NCBI GenBank assembly: GCA_951406725.2
Contig: OX597823.1
Span: 11,904,001-11,968,000 of the forward strand
Source: Octopus vulgaris
Taxonomy: Eukaryota
Length of the DNA stretch: 64,000 nucleotides
Direction: 5' to 3'
Shown in pieces: positions 26,020-38,055 of the stretch. Numbering within the stretch: position 1 is the stretch's first letter; each line of letters opens with the position of its first letter. The position numbers and the translations under genes are program-made. The notes below the pieces were generated by a model. It was not told where the DNA came from. It did not search any database and saw nothing but the letters and a program-made list of their open reading frames with translations.

Positions 26020-26500
26020 TTGTCCTGATTTTCAGCATTGCTTTAAAAGTATCGCCTTAATTACTGCTGCATATAGACAATTATTTACATTTTTCTATGT
26101 CTGACAACAGTATAAGTAAGAAGAGGGTATCAAGAACGACACCCTGTGACAACTCACGTATTTGACACCGTCTTTTCAAATACATTCGCTGGTGGCCACC
26201 GCTATATGACTTCGGGCTTTTCAGGAAATCAGTGACCCAAATGTCCAATGGTAACGTTTTCAATCTTGTAACATAAACGTCTATCGCTATCTCTATCGCA
26301 CTAAGGTTTTAGTAAAATCAAGGTATACACAATAAACCTGGAACCAGATTACAGACTTCTCAGCAGTATTTTGTTGTGCTGTAATAGAAGACGTGTCAGA
26401 CAGTGCATCTCGGGGCGTAAAACTTTTCGGCTGTTATTATAAAGTTCCTGTTTGTCTAAATAGTCTATTATCATTCTACCTATAATTCTTCCCATATGGG
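26020..26500 (-). mobile_element. CR1/Jockey-group LINE reverse transcriptase relic
   Basis: RIIGRMIIDYLDKQELYNN..LRPEMHCLTRLL, VYLDFTK, WVTDFL, LSQGVVLDTLFLLILLSDI (parts of ORFs 26349..26792 and 26081..26263). Confidence 0.75.
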
Positions 26501-26524
26501 TTTGTGTGAATAAATAAATGAATG

Positions 26525-26613
<89 letters not shown>

Positions 26614-27980
26614 GCACACACGCACACAAACACAAACACACAAACACACAGAGGACACACAAACACACACACAAACACATAAGTGTTCAAATGTATGTAT
26701 ATACGTATGAGTCTGTATGCATGTATATTTGTATGAATATGACTGAAACGAGTCATATGAGCGTGTGCATGTGTGCGTACACATATGTGCATACATATAT
26801 GTGTGTGTGTTTGTGTGTGTGTATGTGTATGTATATGTGTGTGTGTGTGTATGTATATGTGTGTGTATGTATATGTGTGTGTATGTATGTGTGTGTATAT
26901 ATATGTGTGTATGTATATGTGTGTGTATGTATATGTGTGTGTATGTATATGTGTGTGTATGTATATGTGTGTGTATGTGTGTGTATGTATATGTGTGTGT
27001 GTATATGTGTGTGTGTATGTATATGTGTGTATGTATATGTGTGTATGTATATGTGTGTGTGTATGTATATGTGTGCGTGTATGTATATATATATGTGTGT
27101 GTGTGTGTGTATTCTTTTATTCTTTTAATGGCTTCAGTCGTAGGGCTGCGCCCACACACACATACACATACACACACATGCATCTGTTTATGTTAATGAT
27201 TGCTTATGTCTGTATATCTATTACTTATCGTTGAAAGCAGCAATAAATCAGAAGTCCTGTCTGTCGTTTTCTCTCATATGTGTGAAACATATCATCATAA
27301 ATGTTGTGTGTCAAATGGAAGTCGTTTCATAAAAATTAGAAGACATAAGTGAGAATAGTTGCAATATATCATTAACGAGAATAAATCTGACATGTTTTTT
27401 TCTATTTTTTTCTCTCTCTCTCTTTTCCTAATACTTCCTTTTTGTTCGTTATTCTTTGATTTCTGAAAGGGTGGAGTCTTAAGGTAAGTTCTGTTATTGG
27501 ATGTTGATTTTGTTATTCTGTCAGTAATCATTATTGTGGCTTTCTTTTTTAATACCCGTTTAGTATTTGTTGTTGCTTTTTAGTGTTGCTGTTGTTGTTG
27601 ATGTCGCTTTTATTTTAAGCTCAAGATTAACTTTGATCAAGCAGCACGCTTTTGATAAAAAAAATTTAAAAAAAAAACGAAAAAATTATCATCGTAACCA
27701 GGCCGTAGTGATTTAAGGATCACGTAATCCAATATGTTCTTGCTTGCTTCGTAGGACGTGACCCGAGGTAAATATAGTTGCTATTTTTAACAGATGGATT
27801 AATCAGAAAGAGTCTCCCTAATTAAGTAGTAAAACTATGAAGAGAAACAATACTCATGATTTTTATAAGCTTACCTATATGAGATCGATACGATTGATAT
27901 TTACCTGATGAGATCGATACGGTGGATATTTAATTTCGTGAGACTGGGGATAGGTGAGGTATGCTGCAAACCTTGGTGCA

Positions 27981-28154
27981 TTCTTCTTCTTCTTCTTCTT
28001 CTTCTTCTTCTTCTTCTTCTTCTTCTTCTTCTTCTTCTTCTTCCTCCTCTTCTTCTTCTTCTTCTTCATCTCTTTTCTTCTTCCTCTTCTTCATCTCTCT
28101 TCTTCTTCTTCGTCTTCTCCTTCTTCTTCTTCTGCTTCTTCTTCCTCTTCTCTT

Positions 28155-28220
<66 letters not shown>
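27981..28220. repeat. (TTC)n/(TTA)n tract
   Basis: Directly visible. Confidence 0.95.
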
Positions 28221-28221
<1 letters not shown>

Positions 28222-28572
28222 CGCCGAGGTCGACTTCGCCTGTAATCCTTTCGGGGTCGATAAATTAAGTACCAGTGAAACACTGGGGTTGATGTAATTG
28301 ACTAGTTCCCTCCGCCAAAATTTCAGGCCTTATTATTATTATCATTATTATTATTAAGGCGATTAGGTGGCATAATGGTTAGCATGTCAGGCAAAATGCT
28401 TAGCGGCATTTCGTCCGTCCTTACGTTCTGAGTTCAACTTCCACCGAGGTTGACTTCGTCTTTCATTCTTTCGGAGTGTCCATAAATTTAGTACCAATTG
28501 AGTAATGGGATCGATGGAATCGAGTTACCTCTCTCTCTCTCTCTCTCTCGAAATTGCTGACCTTGTGCCAAA
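28219..28572 (+). mobile_element. Two partial or diverged SINE type A copies
   Basis: TTCCGCCGAGGTCGAC...GGGGTCGATAAATTAAGTACC at 28219; a second head starts at about 28356. Confidence 0.8.
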
Positions 28573-28574
28573 AT

Positions 28575-28625
<51 letters not shown>

Positions 28626-29322
28626 TACAAACACCAGCAGCAGCAGCGCCATACAATTAAATATCAGTATTTTCTTATCTGGAGGTTACCGCAAATTTCA
28701 ACGAGACGACATAAAAATTTTATGAATTGGAGAGGGCCAGTGTCATTGATGTGGGGCACACAGCTACCACTCGATTTTTTTTTCTAATATTTTCTATTAT
28801 TGTCAATTACTCTTTCAAATTTATATACAAAAATATACATACACATAACGCATTTTGTATATCTCAATTTCCGTCGGAACAGAAAAAAAAAAAAAAAAGA
28901 TTCATTTGTTTGCTCGAAAATAATTTATCATTGATGAATTGAATTAAATATCATATTACTGCTTTGAAGTATATACATCCGGTGATAACCTTCAGCACTA
29001 ATTGCTTGCATCGCTTCGTTGAGCTTTGGTCTAGTGTTGTAATAGTTCTGAATGGTAAGCGGCTTGGAAAAGAAATCCTAGTTGCTAAATGTGATGAAAC
29101 CTTTCAGATATTTTTGAGACGATATCTTTGCATCAAAGTAAAAATATAAATATTTACCTTTGAAAAGAGGTTACTAGAGCTTTCCTTGACAAGTCTAATC
29201 TATCCAGGATCGATACTGGGCGTAAGGTATTGATGCATTTTCCAACACTCGTCACCATTCAGGCACATTGAGCACTTGAAGAAATTACACAATGATATTG
29301 AAATTAGTCATAAATATTTTCT

Positions 29323-30207
29323 GGATGGTTGTGTGGTAAGAAGCTTGCTTCTCTGAGAGAGGAACCCATGCCCTGGACAGAGGACGAGGAGTGGCCTTCG
29401 CAGGTGACTACGAAGATCATATCGGATGTCGCTATGGTCAGGGTAATGAACACTTTCTCAAAGGACATGTTTAGATACGCCTTCTGGGGCTCTGACCTAG
29501 AGCTAGTGCATTGCCTAAGGGAAGCGTAAGCCAGATCTGGGAGGAAGGGTTTTGCGTATTGTATTTATATATATTATATGTAATTATTGAACTATGTTGT
29601 TGTTTGTAATGGACTGTTAAGTCCAAAAATTGAAATGTTGTAAGAGGTTTAATACCTCGTTTTGTGTTTGGTTTTAATGAACAATGCTTTAGAGAAGCAG
29701 AAGTCGGCGGGCGCTTTTTGTCTTCTCCCATCCTTATCATCTTTCTTTCACTATCATTCATTTCATTAATGTCCTTGTCCAGCTCGCAAAGCTACTTTAC
29801 TCTATGTACTGCCTTTATGGCAAATGTAATGAAATAAAGAAGCTTGCTTCCCAACCACATGGTTCTGGGTTCAGCCCCACTGCGTGGCACTTTGGGTAAG
29901 TGTCTTCTACTGTAGCCTCGGGCCGACAAAAGCTTTATGAGTGGATACGGTAGACAGAAACTGAAAGAAGCATGTCGCGTGTGTATGTATGCATGTATGT
30001 GTATGTCTGTGTGTCTGTGGTTGTCTTCCCAGTATCGCTTGACAACCGATGTTGGTGTGTTCACTTTTGCGGTTCGGCAAAAGTGACCGATAGAATAAGT
30101 ACTAGGCTTACAAAGAATAAGTCCTAGGGATCGATTAGTTAGACTAAAGGCGGTGCTCCAGCAATGCCACAGTCAAATGACTGAAACAAGTAAAAGAATA
30201 AAAGAAT
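29323..30207 (+). mobile_element. SINE type B interrupted in its head by a 485-bp insertion
   Basis: Head GGTTGTGTGGTAAGAAGCTTGCTTC resumes at 29851 as CCAACCACATGG; the tail is at about 30200. Confidence 0.88.
29352..29836 (+). mobile_element. 5'-truncated retro-insertion (probable LINE 3' end) with 14-bp TSD
   Basis: TSD AAGAAGCTTGCTTC at 29338-29351 and 29837-29850. An open frame runs to 29529, followed by a T-rich UTR ending in AATAAA. Confidence 0.7.
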
Positions 30208-30209
30208 GT

Positions 30210-31073
30210 CATGCTGGAAGGCAGAGCTATTTGGGGACAAATGCAGATAATGTTGATATCAGACTAGAAGAAAGTCTTATGGAGTTGCTGAGTAATCAAA
30301 CTGCTCAAGATAAATTTAATCACGGGTTTAATAACTTATGGATGTGAGGTGAAACTGCTATGGAGCTCCTTTTGCTTTGGCAAGAAATAAAACTATATAT
30401 CATTGCTTTTCCTACTTCTTACCGAGTTGAGATTGGTTTTAGCCAAATGTTTTCCTGCTGTCAAAAGCGTCTACCGTAAATCCTCGAGTATAATCTGCAT
30501 TTTCCCCTCCAAAATTTAATGGTCGAAATCCCTAGTGCGTGCTATATACGAGGTTAAAAATGAAAAATATTTTCTAAGCAATGTCCGAGTCACTATTTGC
30601 TGTCTGGCATTTTGTGATGTCGGGTGTGAAAATACCTTAAGCCTGAAAGCAATGAAGTCATAAAAGAATCATCCATAACTTGCAGTAAGAAACATTTATT
30701 AAAATAAAAGTATTCAGAACACAGAATAACATGTAACAAAAACAATTTGCGAACATATTTACATTCCCATATAACAGTTAAGAACATCACCATTATTGTA
30801 TTACGCATACGCAGAAGTGTTTGTTCGACAGGTGCTGCTGGCTTAATTACGCACGACTCAAGTTTGAGAAGGGGTGCGTATTATACACAATGTTTAGGTT
30901 TTTCAGAGGTACAGCCCCCTAAAAATCCCCTGCGTATTATACTCAAGGGCGGACTATACTCGAGGATTTACGGTAATCACGTTAAATTGTAAGCACAAGC
31001 GATCTTCGTTCATTTCTAGGAATTATGGATCACGATATCGTAAAACTTGCGAAACTGCAAGGATCTCACTGAA
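30210..31073 (+). pseudogene. hAT Charlie/Buster-type transposase C-terminal relic, split by a MITE
   Basis: LEESLMELLSN...LWQEIKLYIIAFPTSYRVEIGFSQ/LLSK [MITE] ...SDLRSFL..MDHDIVKLAKLQGSH*. Confidence 0.8.
30474..30973. mobile_element. Tc1/mariner (pogo-like) MITE, 500 bp
   Basis: Perfect 19-bp TIR CCGTAAATCCTCGAGTATA / TATACTCGAGGATTTACGG flanked by a TA TSD. Confidence 0.93.
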
Positions 31074-31479
31074 TAAATATAGCAAAAAGGTAATATGATA
31101 CATACCTATTTTTTTTTTTTTTTTTGGTTTGCTAAAAATATTATTTTTCTGTTAAAAATAGTAATTGTCTCGTATTAGTTATTAATTTTCTGGGTGCAAC
31201 AGAAATTTTTGTGATGCGTTTTATATCAGAAAAAAAAAGTTTGATTTTAAATGGTTGTTTTATTGAAACCACAAATTATTTTTGTCTTTGTAAATAAATA
31301 AAATAAATGTGCCATTAATAGACTCTGATATTTCCAAGGAGTCTATAGCGTTAAAGATAGAAAACAAGTTATCTTTGAAGAAGGAAAAAAAAAGTAATAT
31401 AAATTTTTGCTAAAAAAGTATTTCCATTACAAGTTATTCATTTTAAAATCTTCAGTAAAATAAATTTTATGGTTAAAAA

Positions 31480-31805
31480 AAGGCGTTTTGCGATCACGTG
31501 GTTTCGGTTTCAATCCCACCGCATGGTAGCTTGGGTAAAAGTCTTCTATAGCCTTGGGGTCACCAATGTTATGTGAGTGTATTTGATAGACGGAAAATAT
31601 GTAGAAGCCCATCGTGTGTGTGTGTATGTTTATATGTGTTTGTACCCCAACTACGACTTGGCAATCGGTGTTGGTTTGTTTGCACCTCCTGTAACTTAGG
31701 CGTTTGGCAAAGAAGACCGACGAAATAAGTATGAGGTTTAAAATCAAAATAAGTGCTGGGGCTCACTTGTTCGACTAAACCCTTCAAGGTGGTGCCCCAG
31801 CAGCA
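31480..31805 (+). mobile_element. Old SINE type B relative
   Basis: Diverged GGTTTCAATCCCAC...GTAACTTAG...TTCGACTAAACCCTTCAAGGTGGTGCCCCAGCA. Confidence 0.7.
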
Positions 31806-31898
31806 CCTTGAAGATAATAAAAGATGATAAAACTAATTTAAAGCAATTAATATTTAAAATGTCATTATCATATGATAAATTTTACAAAATTTGTTCAG

Positions 31899-32167
31899 CT
31901 CTATATTTAAGAGATGAGGAATTATACACATTATTTACATTTGACGGATATTTGTCCTCATCGTGTTTGTTGTTAGCACAACGTTTCGGCTGATATACTC
32001 CCCAGTCTTCATCAGGTGTCTTGGGCAAATTTCGAACCTGGGTTCTCATTCCTAAGGTATTTTTCGATGTTATTATTATTATTGTTATTATTATTATTAT
32101 TCAGGTCACAACCTGGAATCGAACTCGGAATCTTGGGGTTAGTAGCCCGCGCTCTTAACCAGTACGC
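31899..32167 (-). mobile_element. tRNA-headed short element with (AAT)n spacer and hammerhead-containing tail
   Basis: Minus head GCGTACTGGTTAAGAGCGCGGGCTACTAACCCCAAGATTCCGAGTTCGATTCCAGG (A box, anticodon-like arm, B box), followed by the tail. Confidence 0.75.
31976..32019 (-). ncRNA. Minimal type I hammerhead ribozyme, canonical core
   Basis: GACAC-CTGATGA-A-GACTG-ggagtatat-CAGCC-GAAA-CG-TT-GTGC. Stem II has one mismatch in this copy. Confidence 0.75.
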
Positions 32168-32202
32168 AATAATAATAATAATAATAATAATAAACTATGA
32201 TG

Positions 32203-32257
<55 letters not shown>

Positions 32258-32262
32258 CAACA

Positions 32263-32410
32263 ACAACATCGAAAAATACCTTAGGAATGAGAACCCAGGT
32301 TCGAAATTTCCCAAAGACACCTGATAAAGGCTGGAGGATTTATCAGTCAAAATGTTGTGTTAACAACAAAGATGAGGACAAATATCCATCAAATATAAAT
32401 AATGTAAATA
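32263..32410 (+). mobile_element. Inverted second copy of the hammerhead tail, core mutated (32316-32361)
   Basis: Reverse complement of about 31928-32073. GACAC-CTGATAA-A-GGCTG...CAGTC-AAAA-TG-TT-GTGTT. Confidence 0.8.
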
Positions 32411-33209
32411 ACGTACAAAGTTTATTGTTTTAGAGAGTTTTAATTTTCTCAAAAGCGGCTTCTTTCTTTTATTAGAATTTTTTTCTCTGACAGTGTCTAG
32501 GGCACCACAGAAAAATTAAAGAATCCAAAAGGTTATGAAACCACTCCACTGTTTGTTTTACAGTTATTATGAAGTAAAATAGCAGAGTACTTCATATGAT
32601 ACGATCTCATATATTATATCATTCAGTCGATGAGGAAATTAACTTCTTTGCGTATCTAGCACGTAGAAGGAGACCGAAAATGATTTTTCGTTGTTGATAA
32701 ATTCATCATGTAGCTTTGCTTATTTCTCTCCCAGCTGTATACTAATTATAGAAACTAATTAGCAAGACTATCATAGAATAATTACGTAGACATCAAGTGG
32801 TCCATTCAAATGGATTCACGTGTTTATATAATTTTCATCTTCATAAATATATAATTGGACGAACGTAGCAACCTATTTAGTACACAGCTTGGTAGCTTGA
32901 CTTCAGCTGTCATTCAAACTTACCACCCAGATAGATAAACGGAATGATAGACAGACAGAAGAACAGGCAAATAGACATACAAACATAAACAGACTTAACA
33001 AATCGATCGATCGATCAATAAAGAGAAAGAAAAATACCGAAAGTCTCGGAACTAGTGATGGCTTGCATTGGTAAAAGTCAGTTCAGTGAAGTTCACGAAA
33101 CAGAATAAGATGTATTCCACGTAGAAAGACAGATCTAACATTTCAAGACAGGACTTGGGAGATATGTGGAGAAAAGTGCATTGGAAAGCTAGAAATTGGT
33201 TTTAAAACT

Positions 33210-33601
33210 GGACTGGAAGCACTCCGTCGGTTACGACGACGAGGGTTCCGGTTGATCCGAATCAACTGAACAGCCTGCTCGTGAAATTAACGTGTAAGTG
33301 GCTGAGCACTCCACAGACACGTGTACCCTTAACGTAGTTCTCGGGGATATTCAGCGTGACACAGAGAGTGACAAGGCCGGCCCTTTGAAATGCAGGTACA
33401 ACAGAAACAGAAAGTAAGAGTGAGAGAAAGTTGTGGTGAAAGAGTACAGCAGGGATCACCACCAACTCCTGCCGGAGCCTCGTGGAGCTTTTTAGGTGTT
33501 TTCGCTCAATAAACACTCACAACGCCCGGTCTGGGAATCGAAACCGCGATCCTATGACCGCGAGTCCGCTGCCCTAACCACTGGGCCATTGCGCCTCCAC
33601 A
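33210..33601 (-). mobile_element. SINE type C head with tail X, full length
   Basis: Near-identical to the 18342 and 23879 copies. 12-bp TSD GGTTTTAAAACT. Confidence 0.95.
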
Positions 33602-33749
33602 GGTTTTAAAACTATGAGAGAGATGTAAACAGAAATGACTGGGTGGTGGGCGGAGAAATGGTGACAGAGTGTCAATGAACTATGAAAAAGAACAGGTGTG
33701 AAATACAGGTAGACGATTAAAAGAAATATTCACACTCACAGTTTAGTCT

Positions 33750-33966
33750 TTAATCTTTTACTCTCTTTTTTTTTTACTTGTTTCAGTCATTTGACTGTGG
33801 CCATGCTGGAGCACCGCCTTTAGTCAAGCAAATCGACCTCAGGACTTATTCTTTGTAAGCCTAGTACTTATTCTATCGGTCTCTTTTGCCGAACCGCTAA
33901 GTTACGGTGACGTAAACACACCAGCATCGGTTATCAAGCGATGCTGGGGGGATAAACACAAACACA

Positions 33967-34026
<60 letters not shown>

Positions 34027-34200
34027 CATATAACCGACGGGCTTCTTTCGGTTTCCGTCTACCAAATCCACTCACAAGACTTTGGTCAGCCTGAGGCTAT
34101 AGGAGAAGACACTTGCCCAAGGTGCCACGCAGTGGGACTGAACCCGGAACCATGTGGTTGGTAAGCAAGCTACTTACCACGCAGCCACTCCTACGCCTAT
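33750..34200 (-). mobile_element. SINE type B, full length
   Basis: Reverse complement of the type B consensus from ATAGGCGTAGGAGTGGCT to the TAAAAG-type tail. Confidence 0.93.
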
Positions 34201-34269
34201 ATCAATCCCATGCGAACGCACTAAGAACCAACGGCATTTGATCCACAAACATCTCGTGTTACTTTCCTT

Positions 34270-34440
34270 CTAGGTGTGGCTGCAGGCATGGACATCTGAT
34301 TAAGAAGGTCGCCTCGTAATCTTGAGGTTTCTGTTTCAGTCTCACTGTGCGGCACATTGGGTCTGCTACTATAGATCTAGACCGATTAATACCATGTGAG
34401 TGAATTTGAAAGACGAAAACGGTACGAAAGTCTGTCGTGC

Positions 34441-34497
<57 letters not shown>

Positions 34498-34912
34498 TGT
34501 GAGTTTGTTTGTCTTTCACTTCTTAACAAACGGTGTTAATTTATTCAAGTCGTCGCGGTTCAGTAAAAAGAATCCGGCAGAATTAGTATCTAGGAACGGT
34601 TTGATCGACTAAACCAGTGACCCTTAACAGGGGTTTATATAGCCCTTGGGGATCCATATAAGATTTTGTTGTTAAGGTTTGTTCAATAAACTGGTTATAT
34701 TTTTACACAGAATATTTATACATTTTTTTTACACAATTCCTAATAATATTCAATCATAAAAAGAGGACCCCTCTCCAGAATAAAATAAGAACCAAAGGGG
34801 TCTATAGGCAAAAAAATTGGTTGAGAACCACTGAACAAAACTCTTCGAGGCAGTGTCCTAGCTTGGCTGCCATCCAAAAACTGAAACCAGTCAAGAAATA
34901 AGAGTATAAAAG
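34270..34912 (+). mobile_element. Old SINE type B relative carrying a nested MITE
   Basis: Diverged head, (TG)n and tail AACTGAAACCAG..AAGAGTATAAAAG. Confidence 0.65.
34615..34833. mobile_element. hAT Charlie-type MITE
   Basis: Ends CAGTGACCCTTAAC / GGTTGAGAACCACTG. Degenerate 8-bp flanks GACTAAAC and AACAAAAC. Confidence 0.65.
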
Positions 34913-35039
34913 AACGGCGCACATGGCGGAGATGTAATCCATCCCGTCTCATTTTTTTAAAGGAAACTCACGTTTTCAGCTATGGAGATTCCGATTCTGA
35001 AAAAAAAATGGCAAAACTCGCAACTTCAAAATTTCAATA

Positions 35040-35215
35040 CTGGTGCCAAGCTGTATCAGTGCTTTACGTTTCCTTGGATAACATTGGTAGCATGGAGGGG
35101 GTAGGTTTGTATGCATGGATGACTACCAGTCTTCCATAAACAAATTTTCCCAGACTTGTACTTTGGAGGAGAACATTCTTGGTGCAATCTCATGGTCATT
35201 CATGACCGAAAGAGA
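35040..35215 (+). mobile_element. Solo SINE tail Z
   Basis: Homologous to 15605-15770 (CCTTGGATAACA...CTTCCATAAAC...CATGGTC...GACCGAA). Confidence 0.75.
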
Positions 35216-35985
35216 TCTTTACTCTTTTCTTTTACTAGATATTATTAGCCACACAGGTCCTCTACAAAATCCTGCACTACTGCACCTCCTTCTCATAGCT
35301 CATTTCTTTGTCCACTGGCATGAAGCTGACCCCACCTCACATGTAGTTCTGCGAGCTACATGGCAACCTCAATAGTCAGATGGTATGAAAAAAAAACCCC
35401 ACCCAATCCATGATGTAAAGAAAGTGATGTACACTCAAATACAGAACGTAGACAACGCAGATGGCGGGGCGAGTATTTCTGGGAAACAAATTGCCGCGAG
35501 TGGTAAAGGAAGGAAAAAGGGAGGAAGATCACAGAGTTCAACTGGTGAACAAATACGACCAACCTCTACAAGAAGATGAGAGCATTGAATAGGAAATAGA
35601 GTGTATACGGAGTTGGAGTTATAAACTTTAAACTGATCTCGTGCTTAAACGCATACAAATGGTTAGAATGAAGCATCATGGATGAGAGGAAAATGATGAT
35701 CAATAAGAAGGACAGTGTTTCGTAGGGAACAGCACACAAAGATACCGTTGAATGATGAACCAAAGGCAATGTAGTACGATGATATTGGTATTTAGTCGAA
35801 GACTAGGCCAGACGGAATAGTGTCCCAGTCACCACCATCCCCTCTTTTCCTTGCATATCTACAACACATTTCAATGTGGCCTACGTTATTTAAAGACGAT
35901 AGCATATAATTTGAGGGAGACTTAGCAGCTTTTTTTTTTTCTCGAAGGCGAATACCGGCAAATGATGAACCAAAGGTAATGCAAG

Positions 35986-36220
35986 ACGGCGAGCTGGCAG
36001 AAACGTTAGCACGCCGGGCGGAATGCTTAGCAGTATTTCGTCTGCCACTACGTTCTGAGTTCAAATTCCGCCGAGGTCGACTTTGCCTTTCATCCTTTCG
36101 GGGTCGATTAAATAAGTACCAGTTACACACTGGGGTCGATATAATCGATTAATCCGTTTGTCTGTCCTTGTTTGTCCTCTCTGTGTTTGGCCCCTTGTGG
36201 GTAGTAAAGAAATAGGTATT
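35986..36220 (+). mobile_element. SINE type A
   Basis: Full head, body and tail. Confidence 0.93.
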
Positions 36221-36612
36221 GCTATCTAGCCCATGGCCAGGACAGACGGAGTAGTGCGCCAGTCACCACAATTCAATGTGGCCCTCGTTACTTAAAAACA
36301 GTAGAATATGATTTGAGGGAGATTTGGTAGCTTCTTTTTGTCGAAGACAGGTAGAGTCTTCTTCGTTAATTGGTGTAATAAGATTAGGTTTGTAATCATC
36401 AACGTGGAACTTAGTTTTAAGGTTGTTTATGACTGGTCGTTTTAGTTAGATAGAACTAAAGATGATATGTTCAACGTCTCATAATTTACTATAAAACAAT
36501 TTAATACGCATTACTGCAATATAATATGAATCAAAGAAATTAATACAACTAATGATCTCCAGCTGTAGATCCATGGTTTTTCCAGATCGACGGATGTCTA
36601 TCTATCTATATC

Positions 36613-36912
36613 CAGTGGCGGAGTGGGTCTAAAAATATTGGTTGCCAGGAGACTAATTGGGCCCACCCGCAACCTCAAGGGAGCCCACCCGCAACTACAA
36701 TGCTATCATTTATTATTTTCTTTTTTGGTTTTTAAAGTATTCTTTCAACTGTTTACAAATACAGCCAGGCTGAAATAATTAATGCATTCTTCCAGGAGTG
36801 AATAGAAAATTCTCAAACTTAGATACTAACATGGGCCAATATATATGGATTCTAATGGCGCAGGGGCCCACTTGCCATCGGGCAAGCTGGCAACCTGGCC
36901 AGTCCGCTACTG
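36613..36912. mobile_element. hAT MITE, 300 bp
   Basis: TIRs CAGTGGCGGAGTGG / CCAGTCCGCTACTG. Perfect 8-bp TSD TCTATATC; subterminal GCCCAC repeats. Confidence 0.9.
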
Positions 36913-37062
36913 TCTATATCTACATATACCCACCCATTATTTACAGTTTCACCGTTAAAAATGATTTACTTCATATCTCTCGAGGTCGCTTAATTCTTAT
37001 GACGTAAGTAGTGCATTTATTATTTTGATTCGTATCTTTCTCAAACTGAGTTGGAATTCGAA

Positions 37063-37461
37063 TTCTCTTCTACTCTAGGAACAAGTCCCTAAATTTTGTG
37101 GGAGGAGGCCAGTCGATTTAATCGACCCCAGAACGCAACTGGCACTTAGTTTATCGACCTCGAAAGGATGAAAGGCAAAGTCGACCTTGGCAGAATTTGA
37201 ACTCAGGACGTAACGGCAGACGAAATACCTATTTCTTCACTGCCCACAAGGGGCTAAACATAGAGGGGACAAACAAGGACATACAAACAGATTAAGTCAA
37301 TTATATCGACCCCAGTGTGTAACTGGTACTTATTTAATCGACCCCGAAAGAATGAAAGGCAAAGTCGACCTCAGCGGAATTTGAACTCAGAACGTAACTG
37401 TAGACGAAATACGGCTATGCATTTCGCCCGGCGCGCTAACGTTTCTGCCAGCTCGCCGCCC
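37063..37461 (-). mobile_element. SINE type A dimer; the two units have different tails
   Basis: Head at 37461, one standard unit, then a unit ending CTAGAGTAGAAGAGAAT. Confidence 0.9.
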
Positions 37462-37822
37462 TTAGCTGGAATTTGAATTTAAAAAATACAAAGTGATTAC
37501 GTTGTAATGAAATGTTCGTTATCAAATCAGAAAATTAAACAAAAAACGGATTCTGCGTAAAAGAGGGATTAGTCCACCTCTCTTTTTTTAAATTGTACTA
37601 TTCACATGTTCTATCAAATGTCTATTCCTCCCTATATGTACACAGCATGAATTAATGTCAAACAATTTTTTAAAAAATATTTTTGCAGATTTCATTATAA
37701 CAAACTGTTCGTTACAACGAAATTTTATTATGCCACGTCAATTTCGTTATAAGTGATTTTAGCCTGTATACATGCATGTGTGTGTTTGTATGTGCTTGTG
37801 TGTGTTAATGTGAGTGGATGTA

Positions 37823-38055
37823 AGGCGGCGAGCAGGCAGAAACTTTAGGATGCCGGGCGAAATGCTTAGCTGTGTTTCGACTGTCGTTACGTTCTGAGTT
37901 CAAATTCCGCCGAGGTCGACTTTGCCTTTAATCCTTTCGGAATCGATAAAATTAAGTACCAGTTACGTACTGGGGTCGATATAATCGACTTAATCCGTTT
38001 GTTTGTCCTTGTTTGTCTTCTCTATGTTTAGCCCCTTATGGGCAATACAGAAATA
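37823..38055 (+). mobile_element. SINE type A
   Basis: Matches the family consensus. Confidence 0.9.

Noticed and set aside
32101-32167. Functional tRNA gene (also considered for the SINE C and D heads)
   Set aside because: The acceptor stem is incomplete, there is no poly-T terminator and the head continues into a repeat body; called a tRNA-derived head instead.
32498-32546. Possible right TIR of the Charlie/Buster relic
   Set aside because: Only a degenerate resemblance to GGTTGAGAACCACTG; no matching left end or TSD.
13990-33516. Recurrent ORFs MFIERKHLK..., MRNWYLIYRPRK... and MVVIPAVLFHH...
   Set aside because: They are translations of SINE C and SINE A sequence; recurrence reflects repeat copy number and the frames are broken between copies.
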